Of a stretch of DNA of 64,000 nucleotides, positions 62,183-64,000 are shown in pieces. The position numbers and the translations under genes were made by a program. This stretch comes from Neoechinorhynchus agilis (lineage: Eukaryota > Animalia > Acanthocephala). The notes under the pieces were generated by a model. The model did no database searches. It worked only from the letters and a program-made list of their open reading frames with translations, and was not told the DNA's origin. Numbering within the stretch: position 1 is the first letter of the stretch; each line of letters opens with the position of its first letter. The stretch lies in NCBI GenBank assembly GCA_051530055.1, contig CM121342.1, positions 6,323,489 to 6,387,488 on the forward strand. Direction: 5' to 3'.

Positions 62183-64000
62183 ATGCAAAGTTCTATAGCT
62201 AAAAGTTCAATTCCGATCAATAAATGGTCGTTGTTTCGAATTCTGCTTCTTGTGAGATTATCATGCGTTCCTTTGAATATAATAGACGATTGTGATGAAG
62301 TCTTCAACTTTTATGAACCGGTTTGTTTGATGGTATTTTTAGGAGCTTAAAATTTCTAAAATTTTAGCTCCATTGGATGGTGTACGGACACGGGATGCAA
62401 ACTTGGGAATACGCACCGCAATTCGCTCTTCGTTCCTACGCCTATCTGGCACCATTTGCAGGATATTTATGTTTCCTCAAACCTTTCATATCAAAGCCAA
62501 ACCTCTTTTTCTTTTTTCGATCTCTACTCGCATTTTTACACACAACCGCCGAAGTTCATTTCATCGGAGGTGTTCAGGAGCAATACGGAAACGAGGTTTC
62601 GAAAGTCTTGGCTGTAGTATTGGCCACAAACACCGGAATGAATCGAGCTTCTACTTGCTTTGTTAATAATTCAATCACCATGATGCTCATTATGGCATCG
62701 TATGGATCTTGGTTTAAAGGACATCTTATCGTAAGTATTTTAATGGGAGGGGGTTTTACCTTAAACCATTGCATATTTTGAAGACTTCGATTGTATTGAT
62801 GGCAGCTTCGTGTATTCTCGGATGGACGTATGCCGCTATAATAGGGTTAGTGGCATTCTTTATTTCACTCACACCTCTAAAAATAATCTTAAAGGTTGCC
62901 TATTGCTATCGATATCATATTCCGACGAAAAAATATCCACATTTTCGTACTTTCATCTCTATTATCAGGAATATTAATTACGGTAATCGACCATCCATTT
63001 TTTCGGTTTATTTTATCAGAAGTCTTAGTAGATTCCAATGGTGATTGTCGATTCGTGGTTCTATGGGAAATGGACGCTTACTCCACTAAACCATGTCCTC
63101 TACAATCTTCCTTGGATCAAAAATATCCTCAACATGGAATCCGGAAATGAATTCACACGATCCACGCTATACGGCGTCGAATCATGGACTTTCTACCTAA
63201 AAAACGCCATTCTTAACTTTAATGTTCTCGCTCCAATCGCTCTAATTCCCATAACTCTGTCTTTATTGATTAAATTACGAATCGAAACCAAACATAGACA
63301 ACACGTGCCCATTTGGTTTATTGGATTCGGAATTGTGATTTGGAGCGCCGTTTTGCTGTCTTCTCCTCATAAGGTACTGCCATCGCTTTTCAATGTGATT
63401 TTTTGAAAGAAATCCGGATTCGAGTATTATTTTTTGTTTTTGTGCCTTTTTTCAAATAATTTTAAATTCATCCACATAATGTGAATTTAATGATTTGTCC
63501 TTAAATTGTTTTTTAATCAGCAATAACCTTTTACAGGAAGATCGGTTTATGTACCCCGTGTACCCATTGGTTTGTCTTTTGGCCACATTTGGCCTCTTCT
63601 ACATAAAAGTTAGTTTAAAAAAATCGCAGTTTATTATTAATTCAAGAATGCCGTAGGCTTCAATAAGCGATCGTTTTTCAACTGCTTTCATATTGTTAAT
63701 TTGCATTGTTCACGCCATTTTATCTTTGAGCAGGATGATTTTGTTGTTCAAAGGTAATTTTTTTTCTATTAAGAATTTCACGTATTTATTTCAATAGGAT
63801 ACTACGCACCAATTGATACCTTCACTTGGCTTTCACGTTCAAAAAATGAAACCGGTATTATTTGTCTTGGTCCAGATTGGTATAGATATCCTTCCCATCT
63901 ACTTACGCCAGATAAGTGAGTTTTTACACTTAACTTGTTTTTTTCATTTCCAAGGATGAGAATAAAGTTCTTGCCTTCAAAATATGACGGCCAGTTACCG
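62183..64000 (+). CDS. ALG9: ALG9 alpha-1,2-mannosyltransferase, 3' end beyond the window
   Basis: IDDCDEVFNFYEP|LHWMVYGHGMQTWEYAPQFALRSYAY, VDSWFYGK..PLNHVLYN, PHK|EDRFMYPVYP, DWYRYPSH; GT-AG introns. Confidence 0.93.

Overview
AT-rich genomic DNA from a compact-genome invertebrate animal (introns mostly 35-55 nt, GT-AG); the species cannot be identified from sequence alone. Recognisable genes are a MyoR/TCF21-type bHLH, TFAP2 (AP-2), two tandem SLC17-like transporters, a 13-kb IP3 receptor (ITPR), SHQ1, a NUDT9-like protein and the 5' part of ALG9. There are also a few orphan ORFs, including a small prepropeptide. Eight tandem-repeat arrays and decayed Penelope-like, CR1/L2-like, RTE and CRE retroelements fill the rest. 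Two signals stand out. (1) AP-2 and SHQ1 are each split inside a conserved coding motif by an insert with inverted-repeat ends and short direct repeats but no frame-compatible GT-AG boundaries. These could be non-conventional introns, IES-like excised DNA, or disruptive alleles/assembly errors. (2) An ITPR intron carries a 771-bp insertion with a 13-bp target-site duplication. It consists of ~183-bp units, each combining a tRNA-like Pol III promoter with a hammerhead ribozyme whose three strands are in non-circularly permuted order. A separate family of minimal Penelope-type hammerheads (GAAAUAUU) occurs at several loci. Protein identifications rest on recalled motif similarity, not on database searches.
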